64,000 bases of DNA. Source: Clostridia bacterium (GTDB taxonomy: Bacteria > Bacillota > Clostridia > TANB77 > CAG-508). The notes beneath the pieces were generated by a model, which saw only the letters and a program-made list of their open reading frames with translations, made no database searches and was not told the DNA's origin. Shown in pieces: positions 20,255 through 29,036 of the stretch. The number at the start of each line of letters is the position of its first letter. Position 1 is the first letter of the stretch. Location of the stretch: contig JAFRDD010000141.1 in the NCBI GenBank assembly GCA_017404025.1, positions 19,243 to 83,242 on the forward strand, in the 5' to 3' direction. A program made the position numbers and the translations under genes.

Positions 20255-20568
20255 TGTGGACTTATAATAAAATGCTTCAATATCCAATTAATATAAAATG
20301 TACAGATCCAAAACTTGCAAAAGTAATTATTTCTCAATATGGAGGCCCTGATGGAGAACTTGCCGCATCTCTTAGATATTTATCACAAAGATTCGGCATG
20401 CCTGATCAAAATGCAAAGGCAATATTAAATGATATAGGGACTGAAGAATTAGCACATTTAGAAATGGTAGGTACAATAGTTCACCAATTAACTAAAGATG
20501 CAAGTATAGAGGAAATAGAAAAAGCAGGTTTGGCGCCCTACTATACAGACCATGGTGTGTGTCTGTAA
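20254..20568 (+). CDS. cotJC: cotJC 5' portion (Mn-catalase-family spore coat protein CotJC), truncated after ...APYYTDHG by the insertion. A stop codon is supplied by the inserted element.
   Basis: MWTYNKMLQYP...QYGGPDGELAASLRYL...GTEELAHLEM match the CotJC/Mn-catalase N-terminus. The ORF ends exactly where homologues continue. Confidence 0.8.
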   Translation: MWTYNKMLQYPINIKCTDPKLAKVIISQYGGPDGELAASLRYLSQRFGMPDQNAKAILNDIGTEELAHLEMVGTIVHQLTKDASIEEIEKAGLAPYYTDHGVCL

Positions 20569-20586
20569 TATATCCTAATCCTGCTT

Positions 20587-22146
20587 TTAAAAATTCCAAT
20601 GAATTATTACATCTTGGGATTTTTTAAATTTATCTCCAATTTCAATATAATCAATAAATGAATTAACAATATTGTAATCTAGTTCTTTAAAGTCTTTAAA
20701 TTTATTAATGATTCTTTCTTTTTGCTCTTGAATGAATTTACTATTTAATTCTTTTTCTTTTAGATTTGCTAGGCTTATTTCTATTTGATTAAGCTCATTT
20801 TGTTTAGCTTGTTTATCAGATAGGAAAGAGGAGTTTAAATCATTGAATGAACTTTCATCAATCTTGCCATTTGCTTTGTTTAGATATAGTTCTTTAATTG
20901 CTTTATTAATATTTTCCATATCTTGTGTAAGTATAGTTTTCTTTTCTTCAAGTAACTTTAATTTATTTTGATTTTCTTGAATAACAAATAAATCATCTGA
21001 AATGTTGTCAAAGTCATAATAAGCTAAAATCTTTTCTTTGATTTTTTCTGTTAACAAATTCTTAAGATTTTCGTATCCAATAGAGTGGGGAGTGCATGTT
21101 CCATAAAGCTTTTTAGAAGCTTTGCAAGAAAAATAAATATAGCCTCTGTCATTTTTGCATTTGTATAATTTATTGCCACAGTCTTTGCAAACAAGTTTAT
21201 TAGCAAATAGATGAACTTCGCCATTTTTACATGATCTAGTTTTACTTTTAAAAATTTCTTGTACTTTGTAAAACTGCTCCTTTTTTATGATAGGCTCATG
21301 TGTATTTGGAACAATTATTCTTTTAGATTTAGGCTGTGAAACTCTTTTTTTAGACTTATAGCTTATTTTTCTATTATAGCCTTGTACCATATTGCCAATA
21401 TAGATTTCATTTTTAAGAATTTTCGTAATAGTTGATTCAGTCCAATATTCGATATTTTTACCTTGATTTTTGAAGTTAAGACCTTTAGACAGCTTATATT
21501 TAGTAGGTGTTAAAATACCATCTTCATTTAGTTTTTCAGCAATTTTAGTAACTCCATTTCCTTGTTCATATAGGTTATAAATTAGCTTAACAACTTCAGC
21601 CGCTTCTTTATCAATTACAATTTTATTTTTGTTATGTTCATCTCTCATATAGCCATAGCACACAAAAGAGCCAATATGTAAGCCTTGCTGTCTTTTACTA
21701 TCAAAAGTTTTTCTAATGTTTTCAGATAAGTCTTCTAAGTACCATTCATTAACTAGTCCATTAATTTGCCTTGATTTTTTATTTCCTTTATCTAAAGTAT
21801 CAACATGATCAACCAAGCTTACAAATCGAATGTTCCATTCGATAAACTTGTTGTGCAAATACTTTTCTACAATTTCCATATCACGAGTAAATCTGCTTTG
21901 AGTTTTACAAAGTACAATGTCAAATTTATGCTGTTTTGCATCTCCTAAAAGCCTGTTAAACTCAGGACGTGCACTATCAATTCCAGAATAATCTTCATCA
22001 CAGTAAATGTTGTAAATATCTAAGTTATTTTCAATAGCATAGTTTATAAGCATAGACTTTTGATTTTGAATACTCTCACTCTCATCATTTTCATGAAGCT
22101 TGTCATCATCTTCACGAGATAGTCTACAATATATAGCAACTTTCAT
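20587..22146 (-). CDS. Large serine recombinase (resolvase catalytic domain, recombinase domain, zinc ribbon and coiled coil; SpoIVCA/TnpX/phiC31-Int class)
   Basis: MKVAIYCRLSREDD with the catalytic Ser. Cys-rich CKDCGNKL...C...C zinc ribbon. 519 aa. RBS ggaggaaac. Confidence 0.9.
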   Translation of the reverse strand: MKVAIYCRLSREDDDKLHENDESESIQNQKSMLINYAIENNLDIYNIYCDEDYSGIDSARPEFNRLLGDAKQHKFDIVLCKTQSRFTRDMEIVEKYLHNKFIEWNIRFVSLVDHVDTLDKGNKKSRQINGLVNEWYLEDLSENIRKTFDSKRQQGLHIGSFVCYGYMRDEHNKNKIVIDKEAAEVVKLIYNLYEQGNGVTKIAEKLNEDGILTPTKYKLSKGLNFKNQGKNIEYWTESTITKILKNEIYIGNMVQGYNRKISYKSKKRVSQPKSKRIIVPNTHEPIIKKEQFYKVQEIFKSKTRSCKNGEVHLFANKLVCKDCGNKLYKCKNDRGYIYFSCKASKKLYGTCTPHSIGYENLKNLLTEKIKEKILAYYDFDNISDDLFVIQENQNKLKLLEEKKTILTQDMENINKAIKELYLNKANGKIDESSFNDLNSSFLSDKQAKQNELNQIEISLANLKEKELNSKFIQEQKERIINKFKDFKELDYNIVNSFIDYIEIGDKFKKSQDVIIHWNF

Positions 22147-22236
22147 AAGTTTCCTCCAATCGTAAACTACCCATTTAGTACCAAGTAAATTATACATAAA
22201 CAAGTAGCTTTTTTCAATATTCTTATGGCTAATATA

Positions 22237-22380
22237 TTAGCTATTTCTTAGTGAATTGCAGCTTTTGGAAAATTCTGTAGCAATTAACCTATTTATAATT
22301 GCATTTACATATTTAGAAATCTCTTGTGTTTCCTTATTTTTGTACTTTTCAATAACATTGAAATAAACATTTTTACACAT
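22237..22380 (-). CDS. Small ORF (47 aa) upstream of and co-oriented with the recombinase. Candidate excisionase/RDF or regulator; speculative.
   Basis: Strong RBS aggagg 7 nt upstream of ATG. Not in the supplied ORF track (below the size cutoff). No recognisable motif. Confidence 0.25.
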   Translation of the reverse strand: MCKNVYFNVIEKYKNKETQEISKYVNAIINRLIATEFSKSCNSLRNS

Positions 22381-22564
22381 AAAAAAGCCTCCTAAATAAA
22401 TGATATTCACAGGGGCTTGTATTTTTGCGAAAAATAAAAAGCCCTCAAAATTTGGCTTTTCTCGTAAAAAATTATATTGTTATTTTGAAAATCATTAGAT
22501 GATTTTATGAATTTATTATATAGAGGGAAAGGGGAGTTGTCAAGGGAAAAACAAAAATTAATTA

Positions 22565-22593
22565 TTGCAATTATTGGCATTTTAATATATAAT
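22565..22593 (+). promoter_or_regulatory. Sigma-A-type promoter TTGCAA-17-TATAAT for the NUDIX operon; first of two near-identical copies inside the element
   Basis: AATTATTGCAATTATTGGCATTTTAATATATAAT. Second copy at 23964-23992. Confidence 0.5.
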
Positions 22594-22639
22594 TCTAATA
22601 TAAAAAAGTATTAGTTTTTGGAATGTTTGGGAGGTTTAT

Positions 22640-23215
22640 ATGGAATATTTAGATATTGTAGATGAAAATAATGAATTTACAGGAATTGTAGAAGAAAGAA
22701 GAAAAGCCCATGAAAAGAATCTATGGCATAGACATGTGACAAGTTGGATAATGAATACAAAAGGAGAGATTTTACTTCAAAAAAGAGCAGCATCTAAACC
22801 TAGAAATCCAAATAAATGGGCAAAAACAGGTGGACATGTAGATAGTGGAGAAAACGAAACAGATGCAATTCAAAGGGAGATAAAAGAAGAATTAGGAATT
22901 GATGTGCCAAGAGAACAGGCTAAGGTTGTTAGTATTTACAAAAGTACAAATCCTGAAAATAGATTTTTTGGTTATAATTATATGTTTGTTATAGATTACA
23001 AAATAGAAGATTTTGTTTTGCAAAAAGAAGAAGTGTCAGAAGTAAAATATTTTAGTATTGAACAATTGGAAGAAATAAAACAAAAAAATGATCCTAATTA
23101 TAATTTTACTGCATGGAAAGATGAGCAATTTCAAAGTGAAATGGAATTATTGAAAAGTAAGAGAAGTGAAATTTTAAAAGAATGTGGTGAAAATTATGAA
23201 AAACTTAACAAGTAA
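22640..23215 (+). CDS. NUDIX hydrolase
   Basis: Nudix box GGHVDSGENETDAIQREIKEELGI (GX5EX7REUXEEXGU). Confidence 0.8.
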   Translation: MEYLDIVDENNEFTGIVEERRKAHEKNLWHRHVTSWIMNTKGEILLQKRAASKPRNPNKWAKTGGHVDSGENETDAIQREIKEELGIDVPREQAKVVSIYKSTNPENRFFGYNYMFVIDYKIEDFVLQKEEVSEVKYFSIEQLEEIKQKNDPNYNFTAWKDEQFQSEMELLKSKRSEILKECGENYEKLNK

Positions 23216-23903
23216 ACAAAAAAAGATATTAATAGCTATTTTTATAGTATTATTTATTATAGGGCTAGGGGGAGGAATATTTTTAGGTATTTCAAGTAAA
23301 AACAACGAAAATGAAAACAAGAACAATATCGAGAATACAAGTGAAAAATCAGGTAATGAAGGTCAAAAAAGTAAAAAAACATTAACTCCAGAAATGGAAG
23401 AATTAAAAAGTAAAATAGAACAAGATGAAGCAGGGTATGGTAATAAGTACCAAAAATTTGAATATTGTAAAAACGTTTATAAAAGAAAGCCAGACAGAAT
23501 CTATTTTAAAGATCCAAGTAAAAACGGTTTCTTTGTATTTGAAAAAGACGATGAAGACTTTGAACATTTATTAGAGGTAACAGAAGATAGAATGGCATAT
23601 ACAACTATGGAAGATTATAATTTATATGCTTTTACACCAGATTCAATAAATACAATGATGAAATCAAAAGATACTTATATAATCTTTGATTATGATAATA
23701 ACAATTTGTCAGAAGGAGATAGCGAATATAATAAAGACATAATTTTTAGATTCAATCAAAATACTAGATTATATAGATTAGTAACATATTTAGCATATTT
23801 TAAAGAATTAATTACTAGAGAGAATTTAGGCAAAGATGAATTTGCAAATAACACAAATACAACAGGTTTTAGATATATGATGTATGGAGACTTTATGGAT
23901 TAG
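23196..23903 (+). CDS. Membrane-anchored hypothetical protein (N-terminal TM, then an extracytoplasmic domain)
   Basis: ILIAIFIVLFIIGLGGGIFLGI anchor. Overlaps the NUDIX stop, so translationally coupled. Confidence 0.5.
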   Translation: MKNLTSKQKKILIAIFIVLFIIGLGGGIFLGISSKNNENENKNNIENTSEKSGNEGQKSKKTLTPEMEELKSKIEQDEAGYGNKYQKFEYCKNVYKRKPDRIYFKDPSKNGFFVFEKDDEDFEHLLEVTEDRMAYTTMEDYNLYAFTPDSINTMMKSKDTYIIFDYDNNNLSEGDSEYNKDIIFRFNQNTRLYRLVTYLAYFKELITRENLGKDEFANNTNTTGFRYMMYGDFMD

Positions 23904-23963
23904 GAGTAAATGATGGAAAAGATATAAAAATACATAAATAAGTACTAAAAGGGTAAATAATTA

Positions 23964-23992
23964 TTGCAATTATTTGCCCTTTAATATATAAT
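23964..23992 (+). promoter_or_regulatory. Second copy of the element-internal TTGCAA-17-TATAAT promoter
   Basis: AATTATTGCAATTATTTGCCCTTTAATATATAAT, near-identical to 22565-22593. Confidence 0.5.
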
Positions 23993-24204
23993 GCAAATAT
24001 AGGAGAAGTAAGACAAAATATAGGTTTAAGATAAAATTTTAAAAATGAATTATTGGAAAAATTCAACATAAAAGTTCTAGTTATAGGCATTAATAATTCA
24101 TAAAAAGTAAAGGAAGAAGAATTTATAGAATATAAAAGAGAAATTTTATGAAAAAATAATAAAATTCTTTAAAAAGATTTTTCATATTAATTAGGGGGAA
24201 AAAT

Positions 24205-26136
24205 ATGAGCGAACCACTAAAAATAAGTATTTTAGATAGAACAGATACAGAAGAATTTAAACAATTAACTGAATTGTTAAAAGAATTTACTATTGAAACA
24301 TATATAGAAAATAAACCAGAATATGCAACATTAAAAAATGTAATGGAATATGTTAATATAGCTATACAAGAGTTTAATGGAAAAATAACTCCATCTATGC
24401 TATCACCACAGGATATTGAACAAATAAAAAAGGATATTGATTCTCAAATTAGTATGGCTAAAGAATTAATTGATAAAAAACAAACAGAAAACATTCAAAC
24501 AAGATATTATATTATGAAAGATGGTGGAGATAAACTAGTTGCTTTTCAACAAGGACAGATTGCCAAAGGAAAGGAAAAAGGTAGAATTGAAGGGTGGAGT
24601 AATTTAGCATACACAGACCCAGAGTATAGAGGCGAGGGGCAAGTTATTAATAGTAAAGGGATAATGCAAAAAGGAAGAAATAGTGAAATATTATTTGAAG
24701 ACTTAAGAAATTGGTTTGAAGAAAATGGAGTAAATTACGAAAGAACTTGTACAGGCGTAAATATGATTAGAAATATAAAAACTTATATAAGATTGTTTGG
24801 ATATTTACCATTTAGCAAGAATGATAAGAATATTTTTTTAGAAAAATCTAAAGAACATAAAATTGATGCAAAAACATTAAATAAAGTAATTAAATTATAT
24901 GAACAGCATAAAGGAAGAACAGAACAAAAAAATAAAGATGAAATAATTGCTGAAATAGATAGTATAACAGAATTTGCAAGTCTAACTGATGATCAAAAAA
25001 GCGGATTAGTACAATGTTTCTTAAAGGAAGATGAAAAAAAATTTGAAATACCAAATGACAAATTAAAAATGTTAAATGATTTTATACAAGAAAATTTAAA
25101 AAACAGAAAAAATAGTACTAATTATTATTTATTATATAGAATTTCTGGAATGATGACTAAAGATTTTAAAATCAAAGATAGGCATTTTAATTCTATAACC
25201 AAACCATCAACAATGGAAGAAACCAAAGAAATTGCATTACAATTTTTTAAAGGATTAGATCAAGAATTGTATGAAAAAATTAAAGGAATTGTTGAAGGTA
25301 ATAGTAGATTCTCATTCAATATGTATATGTTAGATGAAAATGAAGATTTTTCAAAAACAGATAATGATGGGATGCCTATACATAGTAAAATACCAATGGT
25401 ATTAGAAAAAAATGGAAAAACAGGAGTTTTTGTGCCATGTAAAGGTACTTTAGAAGATATTTATTTGCTAGTACATGAATTATCTCATACTTTTGATTTA
25501 CCACCAAATGATAATCCAACTAGATATGTGCTAGGTGAAATAACACCATACTGTTTTGAGGCTATGTTAAGTCAATATTTAGTAGAAAATGGGATTGCTA
25601 CTGAAGAACAAGTTGTAGGTATAGAAGAACGACAGATTATAGGTCATTATAATGATGGAGTAGAAACATTTGCAAAGTTCAAATTAATGAAAATAAAAGA
25701 AGAAAAGGGAGATATAACTCAAGATGATATTAAACAATTACAAAAACGTTATGGGGTAAGTCATAATCATATAAGATATATTTTAGATAGAATGGTAAAT
25801 TCAGCACCTTTTATTGAGGTTAAAGCTAGATATATGACTGCACAATTAATTTACCCACATTTTATGGAACAATATGGACAGGATCCACAAAATGCAATAA
25901 TGACATTGAAAGAATATTTTGAACAAATAAAATCAAACAATTTTATAGGTAGTTTACAAACATTAGGTATTGAACCGAAAGAAGATAGTATTCAAGATTT
26001 AATAAAAACTGCAAATACTAGATTTGATAATTTAGGAAAAACAAAACAATTTTCTACACAACAGATAGACAAAGCAACTATTAAAGCAACTACCAAAATA
26101 AAAGATGAAGCTAGAGAACAAATTGAAAGAGATTAA
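24205..26136 (+). CDS. Fusion protein: N-terminal GNAT-like acetyltransferase fold plus C-terminal HExxH zinc-metallopeptidase-like domain (VHELSHTF). Family not assignable without a search.
   Basis: KLVAFQQGQI...YRGEGQ...NWFEENGVNYERTC resembles a GNAT core. A single HELSH motif with a downstream Glu. Confidence 0.4.
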   Translation: MSEPLKISILDRTDTEEFKQLTELLKEFTIETYIENKPEYATLKNVMEYVNIAIQEFNGKITPSMLSPQDIEQIKKDIDSQISMAKELIDKKQTENIQTRYYIMKDGGDKLVAFQQGQIAKGKEKGRIEGWSNLAYTDPEYRGEGQVINSKGIMQKGRNSEILFEDLRNWFEENGVNYERTCTGVNMIRNIKTYIRLFGYLPFSKNDKNIFLEKSKEHKIDAKTLNKVIKLYEQHKGRTEQKNKDEIIAEIDSITEFASLTDDQKSGLVQCFLKEDEKKFEIPNDKLKMLNDFIQENLKNRKNSTNYYLLYRISGMMTKDFKIKDRHFNSITKPSTMEETKEIALQFFKGLDQELYEKIKGIVEGNSRFSFNMYMLDENEDFSKTDNDGMPIHSKIPMVLEKNGKTGVFVPCKGTLEDIYLLVHELSHTFDLPPNDNPTRYVLGEITPYCFEAMLSQYLVENGIATEEQVVGIEERQIIGHYNDGVETFAKFKLMKIKEEKGDITQDDIKQLQKRYGVSHNHIRYILDRMVNSAPFIEVKARYMTAQLIYPHFMEQYGQDPQNAIMTLKEYFEQIKSNNFIGSLQTLGIEPKEDSIQDLIKTANTRFDNLGKTKQFSTQQIDKATIKATTKIKDEAREQIERD

Positions 26137-26229
26137 CAACAAATTGAACAAGAGGAGTTAAAAAAATAATAATATGTTAGGAAAATTATTTGAATGTGAA
26201 GATGAATAAAAGAAAAGAGGTTGATAATT

Positions 26230-26802
26230 ATGAAATATTTTAAAAAATTAGTAGGAGAAAGAATATACTTATCTCCAAAAGGAGCATCTGATGAAGAAAT
26301 AGAAAAATTCACTAAATGGATGAATGATTTTCAAGTATCTGATTATATAGGAAGAAGTGGAGAAATAACAACATTACTTGGAGAAAAGGAATGGCTTGAA
26401 AATTCAGCAAAAAATATTGAAAGTAGAAGTTTTAATATTATTGATTTAAAAAATGATAAGCTAGTTGGAACAATAGGACTAGAACGATTTAATTGGATTG
26501 CAAGAAGTGCTGTACTTGGAATCTTTATAGGAGATGAAGATTACAGAAATAATGGATATGGAACAGAAGCAATAAAGCTCTTATTAGAATATGGTTTTAA
26601 ATATTTGAATTTACATAGTATAAGATTAGATCTTATTTCTGTAAACGAAAGAGCTCATAAATGTTATTTAAAATGTGGATTTAAAGATGCTGGTAGAAGT
26701 AGAGAAGAAATATTTTTAAATGGAAAATATTATGATAAATTACATATGGATATACTTGAATATGAATTTGAAGGAAGTTATATAAAAAATAAGAATGTAT
26801 AA
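26230..26802 (+). CDS. GNAT family N-acetyltransferase (RimJ/RimL-like)
   Basis: GIFIGDEDYRNNGYGTEAIKLLLEYGF acetyl-CoA-binding motif. Confidence 0.75.
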   Translation: MKYFKKLVGERIYLSPKGASDEEIEKFTKWMNDFQVSDYIGRSGEITTLLGEKEWLENSAKNIESRSFNIIDLKNDKLVGTIGLERFNWIARSAVLGIFIGDEDYRNNGYGTEAIKLLLEYGFKYLNLHSIRLDLISVNERAHKCYLKCGFKDAGRSREEIFLNGKYYDKLHMDILEYEFEGSYIKNKNV

Positions 26803-27057
26803 TTTAAAAAGCGAGTTTAGTGAGATTAATAGGCAGGATAAGCATAATGGTACATTATTCGATAATACATAAAAGGCAAGCCTTTTAGTAGCAGTATTGA
26901 GCAAAAACATGCAGTAAATAAAATGCACGAATTCACTTAGTGAACTTTTTGCTAAATATATGTAAAAATTATTAATTAGAAATTTTTGTAAATAATTTCA
27001 TAAAATGTTACATTTTTTTATAATTATATGTTATAATAGTAATAGAAGGTGGTTCGA

Positions 27058-27405
27058 ATGAATGAAAAAGTATATACTTTAAAAGAAATAATAGATATAT
27101 GTACTCCTATCTTAAAAAAATATAATATAAAAAAGGCATACATTTTTGGTTCATATGCTAGAGGAGAGGCAACAGAAAAATCTGATATTGATATTATGAT
27201 CAAAACAACAGGTTCAAATATACTTAGTTTATTAAATTTAAGCAATTTAGAAATAGAGTTAGAAGAAAAACTAGAAAAAGTTGTTGATATAGTAATAGAA
27301 GAAACATATACAGATGAAATAAATAATGAAGATATTTATGGTACATTAGCCAAAAAGATGTTCTATAAGGAAGTGGTAAAAGATAGGAGTGTTGTTTATG
27401 ACTAA
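27058..27405 (+). CDS. mntA: Minimal nucleotidyltransferase (MNT) antitoxin of a HEPN/MNT pair
   Basis: GSYARGEATEKSDIDIMI, i.e. the GSx10DxD nucleotidyltransferase motif. Confidence 0.75.
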   Translation: MNEKVYTLKEIIDICTPILKKYNIKKAYIFGSYARGEATEKSDIDIMIKTTGSNILSLLNLSNLEIELEEKLEKVVDIVIEETYTDEINNEDIYGTLAKKMFYKEVVKDRSVVYD

Positions 27406-27769
27406 TTTAGATAGAAAAACTACAATATTATTACATATACAAAAATATTGTAAAGAAATTGAAGAAAATTTGAATTTTTTTGGAAGTAATTTTAATACTT
27501 TCGAAACAAATAATATATTTAGAGATTCAATATCAATGAAAATATTTCAAATAGGGGAATTGGCAAAAGAATTAGATAAAGTTGATAAAGAATACATAAA
27601 TGAGACAAAAAGTAACATTCCTTGGCAAAGCATAATTAGGATGAGAGAAAGATTTGCACATCATTATGGAGAAATGGATTTGAAAATGATATTTAATACA
27701 GCAATTAATGATATACCTGTTTTAAAAAATTTATTAGAAAAAGAATTAGCTAAATTGATGGAAGATTAA
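27398..27769 (+). CDS. hepT: HepT/DUF86 HEPN-domain toxin (RNase)
   Basis: RMRERFAHHYG is the Rx4-6H HEPN motif. The start overlaps the MNT stop (ATGACTAA), typical TA coupling. Confidence 0.75.
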   Translation: MTNLDRKTTILLHIQKYCKEIEENLNFFGSNFNTFETNNIFRDSISMKIFQIGELAKELDKVDKEYINETKSNIPWQSIIRMRERFAHHYGEMDLKMIFNTAINDIPVLKNLLEKELAKLMED

Positions 27770-27995
27770 TTAATAAATATTTTACCCTCTACTACAGTTA
27801 CAGTGGTAGTAAGACGGGAGCCTAAAAGTTTAGGAGAGTTCATAGTAGCTCTCCTTTATTAGTTAGTAAAATATTTAATTATTTGATTATATATAAAATA
27901 TAGTTGTCGAGGAATACTTGACAACTCATTGGAGAAGCGGTACTAAACGGGTAGTTCAATAAAATATTTCTAGGATAGTTTATAATTCCACACCA

Positions 27996-28310
27996 CATGG
28001 GGTTGATGTATATCCTTCATCTGCTGCCGGAGTTCCATTTACAGCAGCATATATTGCAGCGAAGGGAGACCCAATAGCAAACTTACAAGAAGATTTAGCA
28101 GCAGAACAAAAAGCAAGAGCAACTTATGAAAAATTAATAGATTTATGCCGTGATAATCCAGAAGTAATAGATCCACTTAGATATTTAAGACAAAGAGAAA
28201 TAGTCCATTTCCAAAGATTTGGAGAAGCACTTAGAGGAGTTCAAGATAAATTATCTGAAAAGAAATTTTTTATGAATGATATGAAACCATGTGACATGGA
28301 AAATAATTAA
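27996..28310 (+). CDS. cotJC: cotJC 3' portion (VDVYPSSAAGVPFTAAYIAAKGDPIANL...ARATYEKLIDL...REIVHFQRFGEAL...), in frame with the 5' portion after precise excision
   Basis: Mn-catalase/CotJC C-terminal motifs. No start codon or RBS of its own. The region is not called in the ORF track. Confidence 0.75.
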   Translation, partial: HGVDVYPSSAAGVPFTAAYIAAKGDPIANLQEDLAAEQKARATYEKLIDLCRDNPEVIDPLRYLRQREIVHFQRFGEALRGVQDKLSEKKFFMNDMKPCDMENN

Positions 28311-28412
28311 AAAGCTTTAGACTGCTACCCAAAAGCAGTCTTTTAATTTGATTATAAATCTTTGAATAAAATTACTAATGCAAGAATAAAGATAATTATT
28401 AGGTGAGAAGGT

Positions 28413-28937
28413 ATGAATAATAAGAAAATAAGAAACTATCAAATTTTTAGTATAGTATTTACATTTCTATTAGGAAGCTTTTTGCATTTTACATATGAAC
28501 TGTCTGGGAAAAATTATTTAGTTGCAACATTTTCAGCAATCAATGAAAGTGTATGGGAACATTTGAAAATATTATATTTTCCTATGTTATTAACTATAAT
28601 AATAGGATGTTTCTATTTAGGAAAAGAATATTCTAATTTTTTATGTTCAAAAACAATAGGAACTATTATAGCTATGATATTTATAGTTGTATTTTTCTAT
28701 ACATATTTTGGAATATTAGGGAAAAACATAGCTTTTATAGATATATTATCGTTTTTTATAGCTGATATACTTGGAGAAGTTATAGCGTATATTAGTATAA
28801 TTAACAAATACAAATGTAATAGGTTAATATCAATATTGGTTTTGATATTAATATCAATTCTATTTATAATTTTTACATTTTTTTCGCCTAGAATAGGACT
28901 TTTTAAAGATCCGGTAACAGGAACTTACGGAATATAG
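28413..28937 (+). CDS. Polytopic membrane protein of unknown function (5 TM)
   Basis: Hydrophobicity pattern only. Confidence 0.5.
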   Translation: MNNKKIRNYQIFSIVFTFLLGSFLHFTYELSGKNYLVATFSAINESVWEHLKILYFPMLLTIIIGCFYLGKEYSNFLCSKTIGTIIAMIFIVVFFYTYFGILGKNIAFIDILSFFIADILGEVIAYISIINKYKCNRLISILVLILISILFIIFTFFSPRIGLFKDPVTGTYGI

Positions 28938-28968
28938 CAAAAAAACAAAATATAATCGTCATAAAATG

Positions 28969-28997
28969 TTGACAATTTCCATAAATTGGTTTATAAT
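28969..28997 (+). promoter_or_regulatory. Consensus sigma-A promoter TTGACA-17-TATAAT upstream of the first adhesin gene
   Basis: ttgacaatttccataaattggtttataat. Confidence 0.6.
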
Positions 28998-29036
28998 AAA
29001 AAACATAGTGTGAGAAAACAAGGAGGAAAAAATAAT

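Larger units (their letters stand above)
20556..27998. mobile_element. Roughly 7.4-kb intervening element integrated into cotJC. Its ends share imperfect att similarity around a common CATGG: left junction acagacCATGGtgtgtgtctg, right junction cacaccaCATGGggttgatgta. Joining the flanks restores cotJC in frame.
   Basis: cotJC N-half and C-half are collinear with the B. subtilis CotJC order (...YxxHG | VxxYxxxAAGVPF...). A large serine recombinase gene lies 20 bp inside the left end. The predicted attP (left of attR plus right of attL) shows CACACCACA/TGTGTGTCTG dyad symmetry. Confidence 0.75.

Noticed and set aside
27775-27870. 25-aa minus-strand ORF (MNSPKLLGSRLTTTVTVVEGKIFIN) with an AGGAG RBS near the right end of the element
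   Set aside because: Very short with no supporting features. More likely chance, or part of the recombinase-binding attR arm. Kept only as a note.
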